A stretch of DNA of 64,000 nt from the NCBI GenBank assembly GCA_965202585.1, contig OZ241826.1, forward strand, positions 99,634,001 to 99,698,000, read 5' to 3'. Below are positions 36,401-50,650 of the stretch, piece after piece. The notes under the pieces are model-generated. The model was not told where the DNA came from. It searched no databases and saw only the letters and a list, made by a program, of their open reading frames with translations. How positions within the stretch are numbered: the first letter of the stretch is position 1; the number at the start of each line of letters is the position of its first letter. This DNA comes from Thalia democratica. Lineage: Eukaryota. Made by a program: the position numbers and the translations under genes.

Positions 36401-39400
36401 ATCTTTATTTTATTTAAAGCTAGTCTCAAGGCGTACAGTCCAGGCAAAGGATCTGTAGACTTCCGCCAAGTTTGTTTTTTTTTTTTCAAAAAATTTTATG
36501 TACTATTGACTTTAAAAAAACCATAACACTGCCAAAATCAACAGATTAGAGGATGATAACACTTCAAACTTTTAATATTTTAATCAAAATGATGTTGCAT
36601 TCGTTTATAAACAATCCAATCGAAATCTCAATTGTTAACATCATCTGTAAAAACTAAGGTAAATATAAAACAAAATTTATGCATAACTAGAAATAAAACT
36701 TTCAACTACGTAAAAAAACAAACAAAATAAAACTAATATTTTAGCAAAAAGCCTAAAAGTAACAGGCGATTAATTAAAATAAATTCGTTTAAAGTTAAAA
36801 AATATCATAAACTACTTAGAAGTACTATTAAAGTTAATTTAATTTATATCAAATATACTAGCTAGTATAGTAACTGGCTGGTATGTTTATAAACAAATAA
36901 ACTGCTGTAAATACTAAAATAAACTACAATACAGAGAATTGATTATTCTTAAATAATCTACTGTTACACTTTGACGTAATTACAAACTTTTCACAAAAAA
37001 CTTTTGCTATTGCAAATTATAGTTGTTTTTGATGGCTTAAACATTTACTTACAGAAGTCAAAATAGACATGAATTTATATTTTTTAAAAACTATAGTAAA
37101 CTTTCTAAAATTAATAAAACATTTAATTTGTTCTTTTATATAGTCAAGTCCCCTAATCAGCGCTCGCTATTTTCATTTTCTAATAGGTGAAGGTTATGCA
37201 GATTTAGAACGAATTTCTTATTTCTTAATGGGGTGTAAAATTCTCTAGATAAGGCTAATATCAATAATATTGTTTATTGATTTCAAAATGTATTTCGATA
37301 ATTGAGTACCGTTTTCTTATTAGGTTTTGAAAACTCTGTTATGATTGTACCACTTTGTTTTGAAAAATCCTCTTTTTGATTGATAAATTGTTTTTTTTTT
37401 TTACGTTACTGTACTTTTATTAATAACATTTTTGGTAAGTAATTTCCTTTTTAAGTGGACATATGTTTTTGTTTCTTGCAATTGCAAAGTGACTCTTAGT
37501 CTCTCTACTATTACTTTACGCTTATTCGATATTGTATAAAGGTCTTCTGTTGGGCCTTTGTACTAAAATTTTATACTATTAATGCAAATATTCGTTAACC
37601 TACAATTGTTTTTATCTATTAATTAGTTGAAATTATACTTTATGTAAATTTTCCATTTGTCAGTTCAAAAAACATTTTATATGCATTTGTCTTAAATTAT
37701 TTGCAAAATTGCAGATTACTTTTGTTTTGTTTTGCTTGCTTATTTATATCTTTCATATAAGTTTATTGTGTTAAAATTTGATTTGGCGTTTTGATATTTG
37801 CACAAATTTGTGGTTGGTTTTTGTTTTGATTTTAAATAAGTAAATCATTCAGTTTCAAACATTGCCGTTTTTTCATCAACAATTTAAAGGTGGTTGGTAC
37901 TATTTTTTTATACCTGATTACTGTGTTCTCTTTTTTATAAAGTTTGTATTTATAGTTTGCAAAAAATGATCTTGCTTCTAAAAGCTTTCATAAAATTCCA
38001 CAAGTATAAACTTCATTTTTGAATACAACAGCTTTAAATGTTTTAATCAGTATTGTTCATTTTTTTTATATATCTTATCTATTTTTTGTTTGATAATAAC
38101 GAGGCAGTTGTACCTACGTTATCCTATCTCATTAATATTATATAGAGATCCAGCCTTGCTGTGCATTAAACTCAGTTATAGTTAGCATAATTAGATAGTA
38201 AAAAAGATTTTATTGGTTCTTTCGAACTTAAGTTTATTGTTGTCTTCTATGATTCAGGTTCCTATAACAAAAGTTAAAATTGTTTTAAATATGCGTTTAA
38301 TTAATTGGATGTCACTGTCCTCTATTTAAATGTAATACTTCTTTAAGTTTTTAACGTTTAGTAAATGTTATATAGTTATACTAAGATAAAAAGTTTTTCA
38401 TCAAATTGAATCTAGTATTTCTTTGTTTTATTTTCAACATCGGTAAGCCATTTAATTAAATCAAAGAAATTTTTATATTGACAAGTTTTGAATTTTAATA
38501 TTAAAGAAATTTAATACAATCTAAATATGCTTAAATGTTGAAAAAGCTTGACCCATGAAATAAACGGTTAACTCAAAGTTTTATCTTAATTGTTTGAGTT
38601 TTTGACTTTGTTATTATTTATAAAAAACTTTATTAAGCAAACAAAAAATATAGAACTGACTTTGTAATATAATTAATCGTTGTACCAAAAAGATAGATAA
38701 AGTTTATTTTAGTTTTAAAAAACTTGTAACAGTATAAAAGATATTTTATGGAAAAATATCCAAGAACCTAGAAAATCTTATAGTTTTTTGTTTTATAAAG
38801 CAGCTAAATTGGTTGGTTATCTTATTTCATTTGTTAAATATGTTTAAGTAATTCAAAAACCAAAACGCTCATAATACTTTTGTATATTGAAAGTATGTTA
38901 TACTAATGATATTAATTTTTCCTTTGTTAAATATCTTAAACTGCTAAATAAACACGAAAAGTCAGAGCATTAAAAAATACTGTAACATAGAATAAAGTTT
39001 CGGTGTTGAAAAATAGTTGAAGGATTCATATTATTATACATAGTTGTATAAATTATCGAACTAAAACATAGGCTAAAAACATTTGTACCTAGGACCTAGT
39101 ATAAGAAGTTCTTTACGGTTATCGGATGCCCTTTAGTCTCTTGTCCAGGACTATAAAACACCCTGTATTGTGAACAGCATATTGTTATTAACAATTTATA
39201 AAATACAATAAACATATAATTTAAAACTAGTTATTTGTGCAATTTATAATATTAATTTTTGGTATGTTATACAAATTTTCAAATATATTTAAATGCAGTT
39301 TATTTTGTAAAACAAAATATCGCTTGCTTTGTATAATATATTTTATTTATACGTCCTAGTTGTTTTCGTGAATGAGATTAGCTTTTTAACAACTTAAACC

Positions 39401-39929
39401 TTAACGTTTACCTTATAGACATGTATGAAATTTCAATAAGTTTTTAGTTACTTCGACTTTCATTTCAGAGTATTTAAAATTATTTACTCAAAAGTATTTT
39501 AGAGCCTTAAGTTTTTTGCGTATACTATTTAACGATTAGTCTAATTATCAGTGTACAATACGTCTTATAATTCAATTACATATTGCAAAATACAACATTG
39601 TGTGCTAAAACAAACTATTTATCTACTAATCTAAAATTTAATAAGCAATAGACAAAAAATAATAATTTGATATTGATTAAGAATCTACATTTTGGTTGTC
39701 TTCAGCAAAGCTGAGGTGTTAACCAATACTACAAAAATCACTAAGCTAAACATAAGGTGCTTTTCTATACGAACACCGAAACCATATTCTGCGGAGACCA
39801 TGAACTGGAAATAGGAAAATAACAATTTTAAATTTTCGCTTTAAAAGATTGTGGCCAGAAATCCAAAATTCTAGCAAATTTAGAAAAATACTTTGTTTAC
39901 AACAAGACTTATACCACATGCTGGTCAAT

Positions 39930-40470
39930 GACAATTCAAAACGTTATTGTCTTCGGTAGAGCTATTGCCAAATTTGGATGTTTATTATTTTAGTTTGATC
40001 ATAAGAAAAATTGCACAAATAACAATAAGCAATATATACTTTTCAGTAATTCCTATAGTTTACTTTGAGTCTAAACCGATTTCACCGATCAGGAAAACAG
40101 TTAAAGATGCCAGAAGAAAAGAGTCTTGTTGTCTACAATTGTAAATGCTGCTGAAAAAGTAGTTACACTGCGCAAACTTCCCAACATCTAAAATCTAAAG
40201 TATAAGTGAAAAAAGTGTATTATTTCGCAGATTAGTAACAGAAAGAAAAAGAAAAGCGTTGCAGTTAAAAATGCAATGAAGAAATCTGTAGTACCTGAAC
40301 ATTTTGTAAACAATCTTAGTATAAATAGTTTTGAAGTTTCTATTTATAGTCTTGTAAAACAATGTTAAGTAATTTATAATTTATCAGACTTAAAGCTATT
40401 TTGATATATTAAACGAAACCAATTTTATGTCAATATAGAGAATATGATTATACTCAGCTTTATTTAGTTT
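39930..40470 (+). mobile_element. Second Penelope-like GIY-YIG remnant
   Basis: Decayed translation: RKIAQIT...YFSVIPIVYFESKPI...KD, SLVVYNCKCC*KSSYTAQTSQHLKSKV, NAMKKSVVPEHFVNN, KPILCQYREYDYT. Same motif order as the element at 25.2-29.0 kb. Confidence 0.75.
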
Positions 40471-43028
40471 AAACTATTTTGTGTAAGTTTTAAATTATGT
40501 TTTATTGATGACATTTGTGCTTAAATAATTGATTAGTTTTAGTTATACTTGTTTTATATATGTTTTGTGTTTTATTGTAAAGTTTCAATTGTATTTTTTG
40601 AGGCAAAAATTGATAAAATATATTAAGTTAAAAGGTGTTTGAGTTTTTATTTAGGAGAATAACAATAAACTATGGTTAATGTAAAATTAAAAAGAAAACG
40701 GTTTTTGGAAAGATAATTTTTTTTTCGATCAAAATATTATTAGATTTTTTATAACATGAAAAAATAAAAGAAGTTGCCCTCATTTGCGTTTTATGTACAA
40801 TACTGTTTCTTTAAACCCATGTAATGGTATGTAAACCTTTTGTTTGCTTTCTTTTGATAAAATTAAGTAAAACGTTAGCTTTTAACATTAATAACATTGT
40901 ATTATTTATCTACTAAGCATATAAAAGTGTAATAAAAATGGCACAAAACAAAAATAATTTACTTTATTTTATTAACAAAAAAAGGTTTTTGAAAAGCATA
41001 AACAAAAAACATTTCAGTGAGCTACTACTCAAGTTGTAGTAACTTTTATTTGAAATACTATATTTATACTTATAAACATATAGTCAAAATAAAATTTGGC
41101 TACATTAAACTCGTTTTGGTTAAAGAAAAAAAAAACAAGTAAATAAAATTTAATTCCTTATACCAATTTAAGAAGTTTTGTTAAGAAGTTTAACCAAGGG
41201 TAGACATAATTGGAGATAATAATAATCTATTAAAGAGTTTTAAAAAATTGTATGTTCAGTTGTCATTGTACAAAACATGGCTAGCATATAATTCTTTTAA
41301 CATGTATTATTGTTTTTAAATTATCATATTGAAATTGATAACGTTTAGAATTTTATTTATGTATAATACAAATACATTAACTTTTAAAGTTAACCTAAAA
41401 ACGAACACTTCTTCTTATATTAACATAGATTAGACAGACAAAAGAATTATTTAAATAAAGAGAAAATTATCGGGTGAAAAAAAAATTGCGGTTTGTACAG
41501 TATAAAAAACAAAAAGTACTTGTTAATCTGATAGCAAGAACATTAAAAACCAACGTTAACATTAATTGCACTATGAAAAGCCTAAACCAAATGTAAGTTT
41601 AAAAAAAAAATCAAATCATAGAAATTTAAAAGGTCGTAAAAATAAAGTACGTGAAATAAGTTAGCAGAATTTAAATTTGTGGACTGCAGAATATTGACTT
41701 TTCTTTTATAATTATACAACTAAAGTTCTTAATTTATGACTCTTCATTATTTTAGTTTGTTCAAAAAAAAAAAGCTAAATAATTCTGGTCTTGGAACCTG
41801 AAGCACGAAGAATCTATGGTTATTGAATTTTTACCTAATTAGTCCAAATAATCGCTATCGACCTAATAGTTAAGGTCGCTAAACGGCGTTTGGAACGCAA
41901 TATCTATGGTTTAACTATTACTAAAAAGAAGTTCTAGTAAGTAGTTTTTAAATTGTAAAAATTCAAGGATAAAAGATTTTTAAAATATGTATGGTATAAA
42001 ATATTAACTTTTATTTTTAACTAGTTTTATATTTGTAAAAACTCTTTAATGTGACTTTTCTATTACAGAAAGGATAAAAATACTGTGTTTTATTACAATC
42101 AATGATTGTTAAAAAAAATAAATTTCACACTAACTTAGTTAAGTTAAAAAACATGAAACTGTAACTCTCAATTAAATTTCCTTAAAACCAAAATCGGCTA
42201 GAATTTGCTAATGCTTTAGGACCTGGTTTTAGATTGAATTATATTAAAATATTTTTCTTTAGTGAATAAAAAATTACCTAATTAGTAACTTCTAAAATTC
42301 ATTTAGGGTTAAATGAGTTCAAGAAAGCTTGTGGTTGCCATCATGCACAAAGGTATTACACTCTATAAATAACATAATTATAAATTTTATTTAAAAAACG
42401 TTTGTTTGGAAAACCGTAACTGACTCAAACTGCTCTTCAGTGCTTAAAATAACTAAACATTTCTATTCAAATAGAATTATTATAGCTTAAAACTGGATAC
42501 ACTTTGGTGGTAGTGATATAGTAATTGTATAGTTTTTATTTTTGAGATTTGGGGCTTTTTTGGGGATTTGAGGGATTTGGGGATTATTTGACCCGAACTT
42601 AAGGATTTCTATGTTAAGATTTTAGCCTTTAAATTTTTCTCCATATGATGTACAACCATTAACTTTTTTGAAGTACCTTTTTTTAAAAAGATAGTTGTTT
42701 TTTTTACTACATTTTTTGATAATTGAAAAATGTTGTAACACATTTGCTTACTCCAGAAAACATTTATTGTTACAGAATTTTCTGATGTTTTTATACAATA
42801 AAAAAAGAACTTAGAAATAAAATCGGTTGACAAAAGCTTTAGATTTTTGCTTTTAAGTATAAGTATAAATATTTGAGATTAATTTAAGTAAAAAACTTAA
42901 TTAAAAATTACTTGTTTAGCTATCAAATTTTGACACAAAGTTACTTAAATGTATTTAAAATTATAAAAAAGTAATAAAGTTTTAGGTATGATGTTGCAAA
43001 AAAAAAAGGGGAGTTGAGAAAATATGAA

Positions 43029-43305
43029 CAGGGTTGCTATATTACCTTGAATTTGACAATTTAGGAATAAAAAACCTAGAAAAAGTTGGAATTTTAACAA
43101 TTTTCACATGTTCAGTAGTAAAATTTTGTGTTTGAATCAAAAAATATATCATTTAAATAAAAAACATATTTAAAGTAGCTTTACAGTATCTTTTTAATAT
43201 TTTAATACTATTTAACACAGTTTCTTTCCTTAAACTAAAAAAAGACCAAAAAATGTGTACTTTTGAAAACCTTAAAGAATTTATGAAAAAAGAGTGGCAA
43301 CCCTG
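43029..43305. mobile_element. hAT-type MITE (inverted relative to 22799-23172)
   Basis: TIRs CAGGGTTGCTA ... TGGCAACCCTG; flanked on both sides by ATATGAA (7-bp direct repeat). Confidence 0.75.
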
Positions 43306-44557
43306 ATATGAAAAAAAAGGAAAACCTTGAATCTAAATACATAAAATCCTGATGTTTTAAGCAATTTTTAGATGTAAAATAACAAAACTTGAGCCAGATA
43401 TAAAACATTTATCTTTTGCAAAAACTATTTTTTGTGTAATTGGTTTTATACTAAGGAACACATTTATAGTAGTATTATATTATATTTTTAATAGTTTGAA
43501 ACCATAAAAGACCTTGAATTAATTTTTATAATAAAACTTAACTATTAAAACTTGTTCTTTTGAATACTGTAAAAATATTTAAAACTCTTTAAACCCTACT
43601 CTTACATATATTTAACTAGATGATAAAGAAATACAAGTATTTTTTCCAAATTAAGACAACATCCTATAAGTGGTAGTAAAAAGTTAATGTTAAAGTCTTC
43701 TCTAAAAGAGTTTTCTTTATACATATATTTAAATATACAAGTATCATTTGAAATAAACTTTATAACAGTATCTTTGGATTACTTAACACAATTCTTAAAA
43801 TATTTTAATATTATACTAAGATAATATACTATAAACAAAATGTACTTGAGTCAGCATGTTCAGCCATATTTTGTATTATTTTAATTCACATTAAACTATG
43901 TTTTCTCTATAAGCATTTAACAGAGTTGCCATACCTTAAGTAAACTCAGGATATTTAAAAAAGTTTAAAAAGCTTAGGATAACTCAAAATAGTATGTTAA
44001 TTTTTATACTCAGGCCTACTCAAGATAGTTTTAGAAGTTTTGAAAAAGCTTAGGGCATATTTTTTTTATTGATCTTGAATGTGACCTAGTTTGTCTAAAT
44101 ATTGTGTTTTTTATATAAATATACATCTCTAACATCAAGTGTATTAGAATATATATACATTATACTTTTTAATTTTAGAAGTAAAATCAATATGAAGTAT
44201 AAGTAGTGTGAATTAGAGGCAAAATATTTTTAGAAAATTTATTAAAATTTAGATGTCTTCGGACAGTTTAAGGTCATCTATAACAGTTTTTTGTTACTTA
44301 TAATTTTTTAAAACACTCAGTATACTCAGGAAACTTAAAATAACTCAAATCACTTTGTTTATTGCTAGGTTCTTGTTCTTTTGATTTATTTTTTTTTAAA
44401 TTATTAAGTTAATTTAAAAGTAATAAACTTAAAAAAATTTAAAACAAATTTGCTTTTTCCTGTTCAAAGTAAACCATGATTTTAAAATCAACATAAAAAT
44501 AAGGGTAAGTCTGCAGACCAGAAGCCTGGACTTTTGTTTGCTGTGAGACAAGCTCAA

Positions 44558-44925
44558 GTTTAACCAAAGGGTTGATCATACCAATTCTATCATCAGACCA
44601 TAAGTTTTGGTAGACTGAGACCGGTTTTGTCCTTATTAGGACTCCAAACCGAAAAAAAAAATTGAGTCTGCTTTTACATGAAGCAACCATTAGCTGGTAG
44701 TGATCAGTGATCTAAGCATTGTCTTTTGCAGTGCAACGTTTGATGCATTGTTTACTAGGTAAGACATCTTGTATGCCATAATTACATACAATCAACAAAA
44801 ACATTGGCAAAATCTGCAGCACAGAAGCCTGGACTTTTGTATGCTGTGAGACAAGCAAAACCGGTCTCAGTCCACGAAGCTTGTATCAGATGGTTGAATC
44901 AGTATGATTAACTCTTTTGTTAAAC
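44558..44925. mobile_element. MITE with ~70-bp TIRs, possibly TTAA-targeting (piggyBac-like)
   Basis: GTTTAACCAAAGGGTTGATCATACC...GACTGAGACCGGTTTTG is inverted at CAAAACCGGTCTCAGTC...GTATGATTAACTCTTTTGTTAAAC. TTAA lies at both extremities; superfamily is uncertain. Confidence 0.65.
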
Positions 44926-45049
44926 ATAATTTTAAGTAACTTATTTTATGTTTTTTTTTCCAATTTTTGCTTGTATTCTTGTTTAAGGGCATAGGGGGGT
45001 TAAACACTTTTTTATTCAAATTTAGTCTTAATCTTTACTTATTTATTTA

Positions 45050-45478
45050 AGCTACTTGTTACTTTTTACGTCTTGTTAACATTTAAAGTAACTTTAGAGA
45101 TATATGCTATCAAATCTAGAGCCTTCAATAGATTCTATATGGGACACTCAAACTAAAAGGGCAAAAATTAACTATTTGACTAAAAATATATCTCCTTCTT
45201 CAGTTTTTGAGAAACTGTTTTAAAACTTTTTCAGAGTAAATCACTGATATGGTTATACCTTCTTTTTTTGAAAGTCCCAACCGTTGATCCCAACTAGTTT
45301 TTTTACATGATTAGATGAGCTACTTGTTAATTTTTACTGCTTGATGATACTCAAAGTAACTTTTGAGATATATGCTATCAAAGCTAGAGCCTTCAATAGA
45401 TTCTATATGGGACACTCAAACTAAAAGGGCAAAAATTAATTATTTGACTAAAAGTATATCTCCTCCTTCAGTTTTTGA
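45050..45478 (+). repeat. Direct repeat pair, ~160 bp, period 268 bp
   Basis: AAAGTAACTTT.GAGATATATGCTATCAAA.CTAGAGCCTTCAATAGATTCTATATGGGACACTC...CAGTTTTTGA at 45085-45210 and 45353-45478. Confidence 0.9.
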
Positions 45479-46124
45479 ATTAAAAAAAAAAACTTATCAG
45501 GGTTTTCTTTAATAAATTTCAATACAACTACAAAAAACTGATTTTTTATTTTTTTCAAACAAAATCTTTAAATAAAAAATAAATGAAAAATTTTATTTTA
45601 ATTTTGTAATAATTTTTTTTATGACAATTTAAAAAAAATTTGCATCCTATAAGTTGTTTTATTGAAAACTACACTTCCTGAAAATTGGAATTAACTAGCT
45701 AAAAGAATGAAGATGATAAAGTTTTTTAATAACTATTTTAAAATTCTGAGAAAATTTTTGCTTCCATAGGTTATATTTGATTTTTTTACAAAACTTTTTA
45801 TATCTTAAAAGTTTATTGAAGTTTATTGTTCTATAAAAACTATCTTATAGTGTTTACTCATAGCTTTGAAATAAGTGCTAATGTTAATTTTTGTAACCCC
45901 TATGCCTTTAATATCAATGTAAATCCAAATGTAATTTTTCTTTCAGTTGTAAATGTTATATTGAAAATACTACAATTGAAACACTTGAATTGTCAAAATT
46001 TGGAATTTAATGTAACCTAAAATCAAAAGATTGTGTAAATACTAGCACAATTAATTTCATTTTAAATCTATTAATGATCTTCAATATGTGTTAAGTCTTT
46101 CTGAAGTTATACAACACAAAACAT

Positions 46125-46617
46125 TGCTAGGTGTAAAATGTGCACCAATGAACACTTTTTTAAAACAGGTCACTTTTGCATGAAGACACTTTTGCACAAA
46201 AATACTTTTGCATAAAAGGTGACTATTGCATAAAGGGTCACTTCTGTACAGGTTGAAAAGTTTATTATTTTATTCTTTTATTATTATTTCTATTTTTTCT
46301 AATAATTTTACTATCACTGTTACTTCTAACATTTACCCATGGATGGTAACTTTGTTTTATTGATATTAATTTATTCATTTATCCTATTTTTATAATGTTG
46401 TATACAAGTGTGTTTTATTCTTAATTTTTTTTTTACTTTAACTGTAACCTTAACCTGTAAATTTTAATGAATATTTTAAACTTTTGTATTATTTTATTTA
46501 TTTAAAATTTACCAAGTTTTTTTTTTTACTCTATTGAAAAATTTACCCTCTGTGCAAAATTGTGCAAAAGTTTCCCTTTGTGCAAGAGTGACCTTTGTTA
46601 ATATTTGACCTATCCCC
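46125..46617. mobile_element. MITE of the same family as 28583-29008, opposite orientation
   Basis: CTTTTGCACA-type subrepeats. Central ACTGTTACTTCTAACATTTACCCATGGATGGTAAC is the approximate reverse complement of GTTACTAACCAAGGGTAAAGGTTAGGGGTAACAGT (~28791-28825). Confidence 0.7.
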
Positions 46618-47272
46618 GAAAAATAGACACATATAAGTTAAAGTTATTATTAATTAAAGCCACCAATAAAATATTTTACATAATTTGATGATTAATTTAG
46701 TAATTAAGAAAAATTTAAAGACTTTTATTTAAATTTAAAAAAGTTGTTTTACTCTTATATCAAAAGAATTATTTGATTTAAATAAAAAAATCTTAAACAC
46801 ATGATTATCTATCATTTCCATAAGTAGTTAAGGAGCAACGGGGGTCATGAGGTCATAATTTGAAACTTACACTAGATATTCTGGAGTTGTTGATGAAAAG
46901 TCTTATGTGTTTTTATGATAGTTTTCAAGATACACTATCAAAATACACCCGCATTCAAAATCCACTTGATTATGTATATATATAGTACTCATATGCATAT
47001 ATATATATATACATATATATAGTTTAGCAAAATGACAACATATGTTACATAAAGACAAAAAAGATTGTCTTTAATCTTTAGCCAGTTCAAATTTAAAATA
47101 AAAAGCACTTTGGTAAACAAAGATGCAAAAGTTTACAAAAAAAACAAAAACAATATGACGTAAGAATTGAACATTGTACATTACAAATACTCAGTACAAA
47201 AATTGATCTACCATTTAACTAACTAAACAACTAAAATTAACGAAAACAACAGTTAATTAACTATAAAATACT

Positions 47273-47515
47273 TCATAATTTGTTGTATTTTAAGAGGAGC
47301 TTTTTCATATGTCTACAAGACGATATAAATTCACTCCTCTTATTTAAACAACCTTCCTTTTTTAAAACCGCTGTTGATTCTTTTAAGCACAGCCTACAAA
47401 CAGGGTTGTTACCATCTGCTATTGGCTGTGCTCTTTTTATCACCTTCCAAGTTAATATAAAATCGATGTTTTTGCGCTTAAGGCCTTTCAAGTGGGCTCT
47501 GTAGAAGGTGTTCAA
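47273..47515 (-). mobile_element. Penelope-like element C-terminal coding remnant (different subgroup)
   Basis: ORF ...LKRKNIDFILTWKVIKRAQPIADGNNPVCRLCLKE...LNKRSEFISSCRHMKKLLL matches the W-K-I...CxLCLxE...LNKRSE...CRH C-terminus of GIY-YIG PLEs. Confidence 0.75.
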
Positions 47516-49647
47516 GTTTGAATATTAACCTCATTTTACTTTTTTTAAATTTACTTTATATTAGTTTGCAGTTTTTTATTTATTTGTTTTTCACTGTTTC
47601 ATGTTAACCCTAACCCTCAATTGGTAAGCGGTTTTTGATTTTGACTGGGTGGATTTTGAATACTGGTGGATTTTGATTGCGGGTGGATTTTAAACATGTC
47701 CTGTTTTGAAACTTACAATAGATATTTTTGAGCTGCTGATGAAAAGCAAAAAAAAAAAGATTTAGGTGTTTTTTTAGTAGTTTTTGAGTAATCTTTGACA
47801 AGGGGGCAATAGCTTTTTTGATTATTAAAAGGGGGCCATTTGAAAAAAAAAGTTGGGGAAACCCTGGTCTATCAATATGTTTAGTTGTGTATATAATTGT
47901 TCTTATGGTTTTAAAAAAAGTAAAAATAAAAATATTTTTAGCTAACATAGTTTCAACAAAAAAAAAAAATCAAGTTCTATTACTATGAACGTGGTTAAAA
48001 AAAGTTATAAGTTAGCTATCATTTTATTTTAAACAGTAAAAAGTTGTGATGATTATGCTTTTTTAAACATTACATGGGTTATTTATTTTTATTTATGTAG
48101 AAACTTTTTAAAGGCTTAGGTGGAAATTGATAACAACTATGACAAAAGCATAATATACTTGTAAAAATTATAAAATATGTTTTAAAAATTAGTATATTTA
48201 ATTGTAATAGTTATTTTCAAACTAAGATTTTGTATAGAAAAAATGTATATTTAACAAAAATTGTTTTATTGACCACTTAAGTAAACTTATCTTACAAAAA
48301 AGTTGTAAACATAAAAAAATTTAAAAATTTCAAAGTAAGTATTAAATGAAAAACTCACTTTAAGTGTTAAATAAGTACAAATAAATATATAAATTACTTA
48401 CAGAGCTTATTGAGCAATAAATGCATTCTAATTGAAATATAATTCATAAAAGTTAGGCATTTGAAAATGATTTTATGGAATTTCCCCTTTTTAAATCAAA
48501 ACAAACTCTTTACTGGATAATTACTTATCATATTTTCATTAATAAAATTTCACTCTACCCAATAAAATTTGTAATGTAATACATAAATGAATACATTTTA
48601 CAAATAAATTATGTAAACAAATTTTTTTAGTACTCTTTTTTTATTGAAACAACATATGCTTCTGTGTGTCAAGCGAGTTAACTACTGCTTTAGGAGTTTT
48701 GTAAAACATATATACTGTAAAGAAAGAACAGAAGATTAAGAATTTGAGTAAATATTTTTACTAAATATAAGTGATAGTTATGTATTAATAAATAATATAA
48801 GTTACAATGTATGTTAATAATTCCGTCTATTATAAGTTTTTAAAAATGGAGTAAAACAGAAAACTATATTAATAAGTTAAAAAAACTTATATATTAAAAA
48901 AATTAAACAAAATACAGAACATACATCAATGAACAAAAATTATTTTTTACAACTTGTATAGATTCTCATTTTGTGAACATTTTTTAAGGCTGTCTAGGTT
49001 TGCATTGGCTAATTGACTTTGCTTACCAGTTCATTTAAAGTAAACATTCTTAATCAGTTATAATTTTTATTTAAATGTATGATTTAAAATAAACAATAAA
49101 CTATATATAAGTAAAATTGTTAACAAATTTATGTGTCTATAGTTTTTATAAAATTTTAAAAGATCTTCTACATACGGATTTTAAATATGGATAAATTGTT
49201 ATAACATGACAATTGTTTATGTTCGGTTTAATTTATAATTAAGGAAAATTCAAAACACTCACACTTCTGTAGACTAGTAGAAATGTTTAAAAAATAAATT
49301 TCAGTATACTTGTAAGATATTGAGAAATTCAAGCGTATATTCTATGGTTTATAAGCATTGAATTTATTTTCAGTTTTCCTTAATATTAACAGGATATTGG
49401 CTAAAAGCTTTGATATTTCCATCTGGTCACATCAAGTAAAGAAACACACTTGATTAAAGTTCCAAAGCAAATAAGAGGTGCAAAGTCATAACTTTTTTAT
49501 GTAAAACACTCATCAATTTTATTTTTCCTTAGTTTTGGTTATTGGTTATATGATATTAAAGAAGTTGTAGTAAAAGTAGTTTTGTTTATTCATTATAAAT
49601 TTTGTTAAAGTTGGACAAACTTATAAATCTTAAAACAAAATTGATTA

Positions 49648-50650
49648 CAAAATAAAATAATTTATAAGATCTAGAACACTACTAACACTATTTTAATTTG
49701 TAAAAGTTAGTGAATAACAGTATAACCATCATTACAAAATAGATAATCATAAAAAACTATGTCACACTGGTGTTAAATTATTTAGTTTGGAAAATGCAGT
49801 TATACATATATTTAAATGCAGTTAAATCTTATAAAAACTTATAAAACTTACAAATTTAACCAGCACTTATGATTAATTACTAAACAACTTTTAGATTCTT
49901 AAATGCACCTGGACGATAGTTCACAGTCAGTGATGTTTTTATCCACGCTACCGTTTCCAACTTCGCAACACTACATATAATGTTGATTCAATTCTTTATG
50001 TTCTATTTGCACTACGATGAACGATAAAGGTTTGTTAAACAACTAGGTTTCCTAAATTGTTATTTATATGAATACGTGAAACGTCACTCCTCTTTTTTTT
50101 TGTCAACATGAACTAACCTTTTTAACTAAAACAGTTGTTTACATACATTATTATTTTCAAATAATACAAAGATATTACTGTGGTTTTACCACTTAAAAGT
50201 TTGCAGTAAAAAGTATACAATAAATTGAATATGATTAGCCTATTCAAAAAATAAACATTTTCTTTTTCATTAACATTTTTCTCTTACTTAGTATTTTGGA
50301 AAACTTTATAGCTGGTTATAACTTTTATACATGATAAAGCATTGTATTAACTTACTTTTAATTTTATATAAAAACATGTTACTATATAAAACAACAACCG
50401 CTGTTTATTTTCAAGCTTTACCATACTAATTTAGTTACTCCTTTATGTTAAACTAATTGTAAAGCATTTTTGTCGTAATAAACTGCCTTTAAATAAATGT
50501 ATAGCATCCTTTTCTAAACTAACTAATTTAACACCAGTGTGACATAGTTTTTTGTGATTATCTATTTTGTAATGATGGTTATACTGTTATTCACTAACTT
50601 TTACTGATCAAATTAGTGTTGATAGTGTTCTAGATGTTAATTTATTTTGT
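49648..50650. repeat. Inverted repeat, ~175-bp arms (49648-49825 and 50478-50650), ~650-bp spacer
   Basis: CTAGAACACT...GTATAACCATCATTACAAAATAGATAATC...CACACTGGTGTTAAATT is the reverse complement of AATTTAACACCAGTGTG...GATTATCTATTTTGTAATGATGGTTATAC...AGTGTTCTAG. Confidence 0.85.

Noticed and set aside
37140-38000. Possible further PLE remnant on the minus strand
   Set aside because: Motifs are too decayed to assign without a search.
47280-47948. ORFs 47280-47504 (+) and 47610-47948 (-)
   Set aside because: The first is antisense to the PLE C-terminus. The second crosses transposon-end sequence (GGTGGATTTT repeats, GGGGAAACCCTG) with no recognisable domain.
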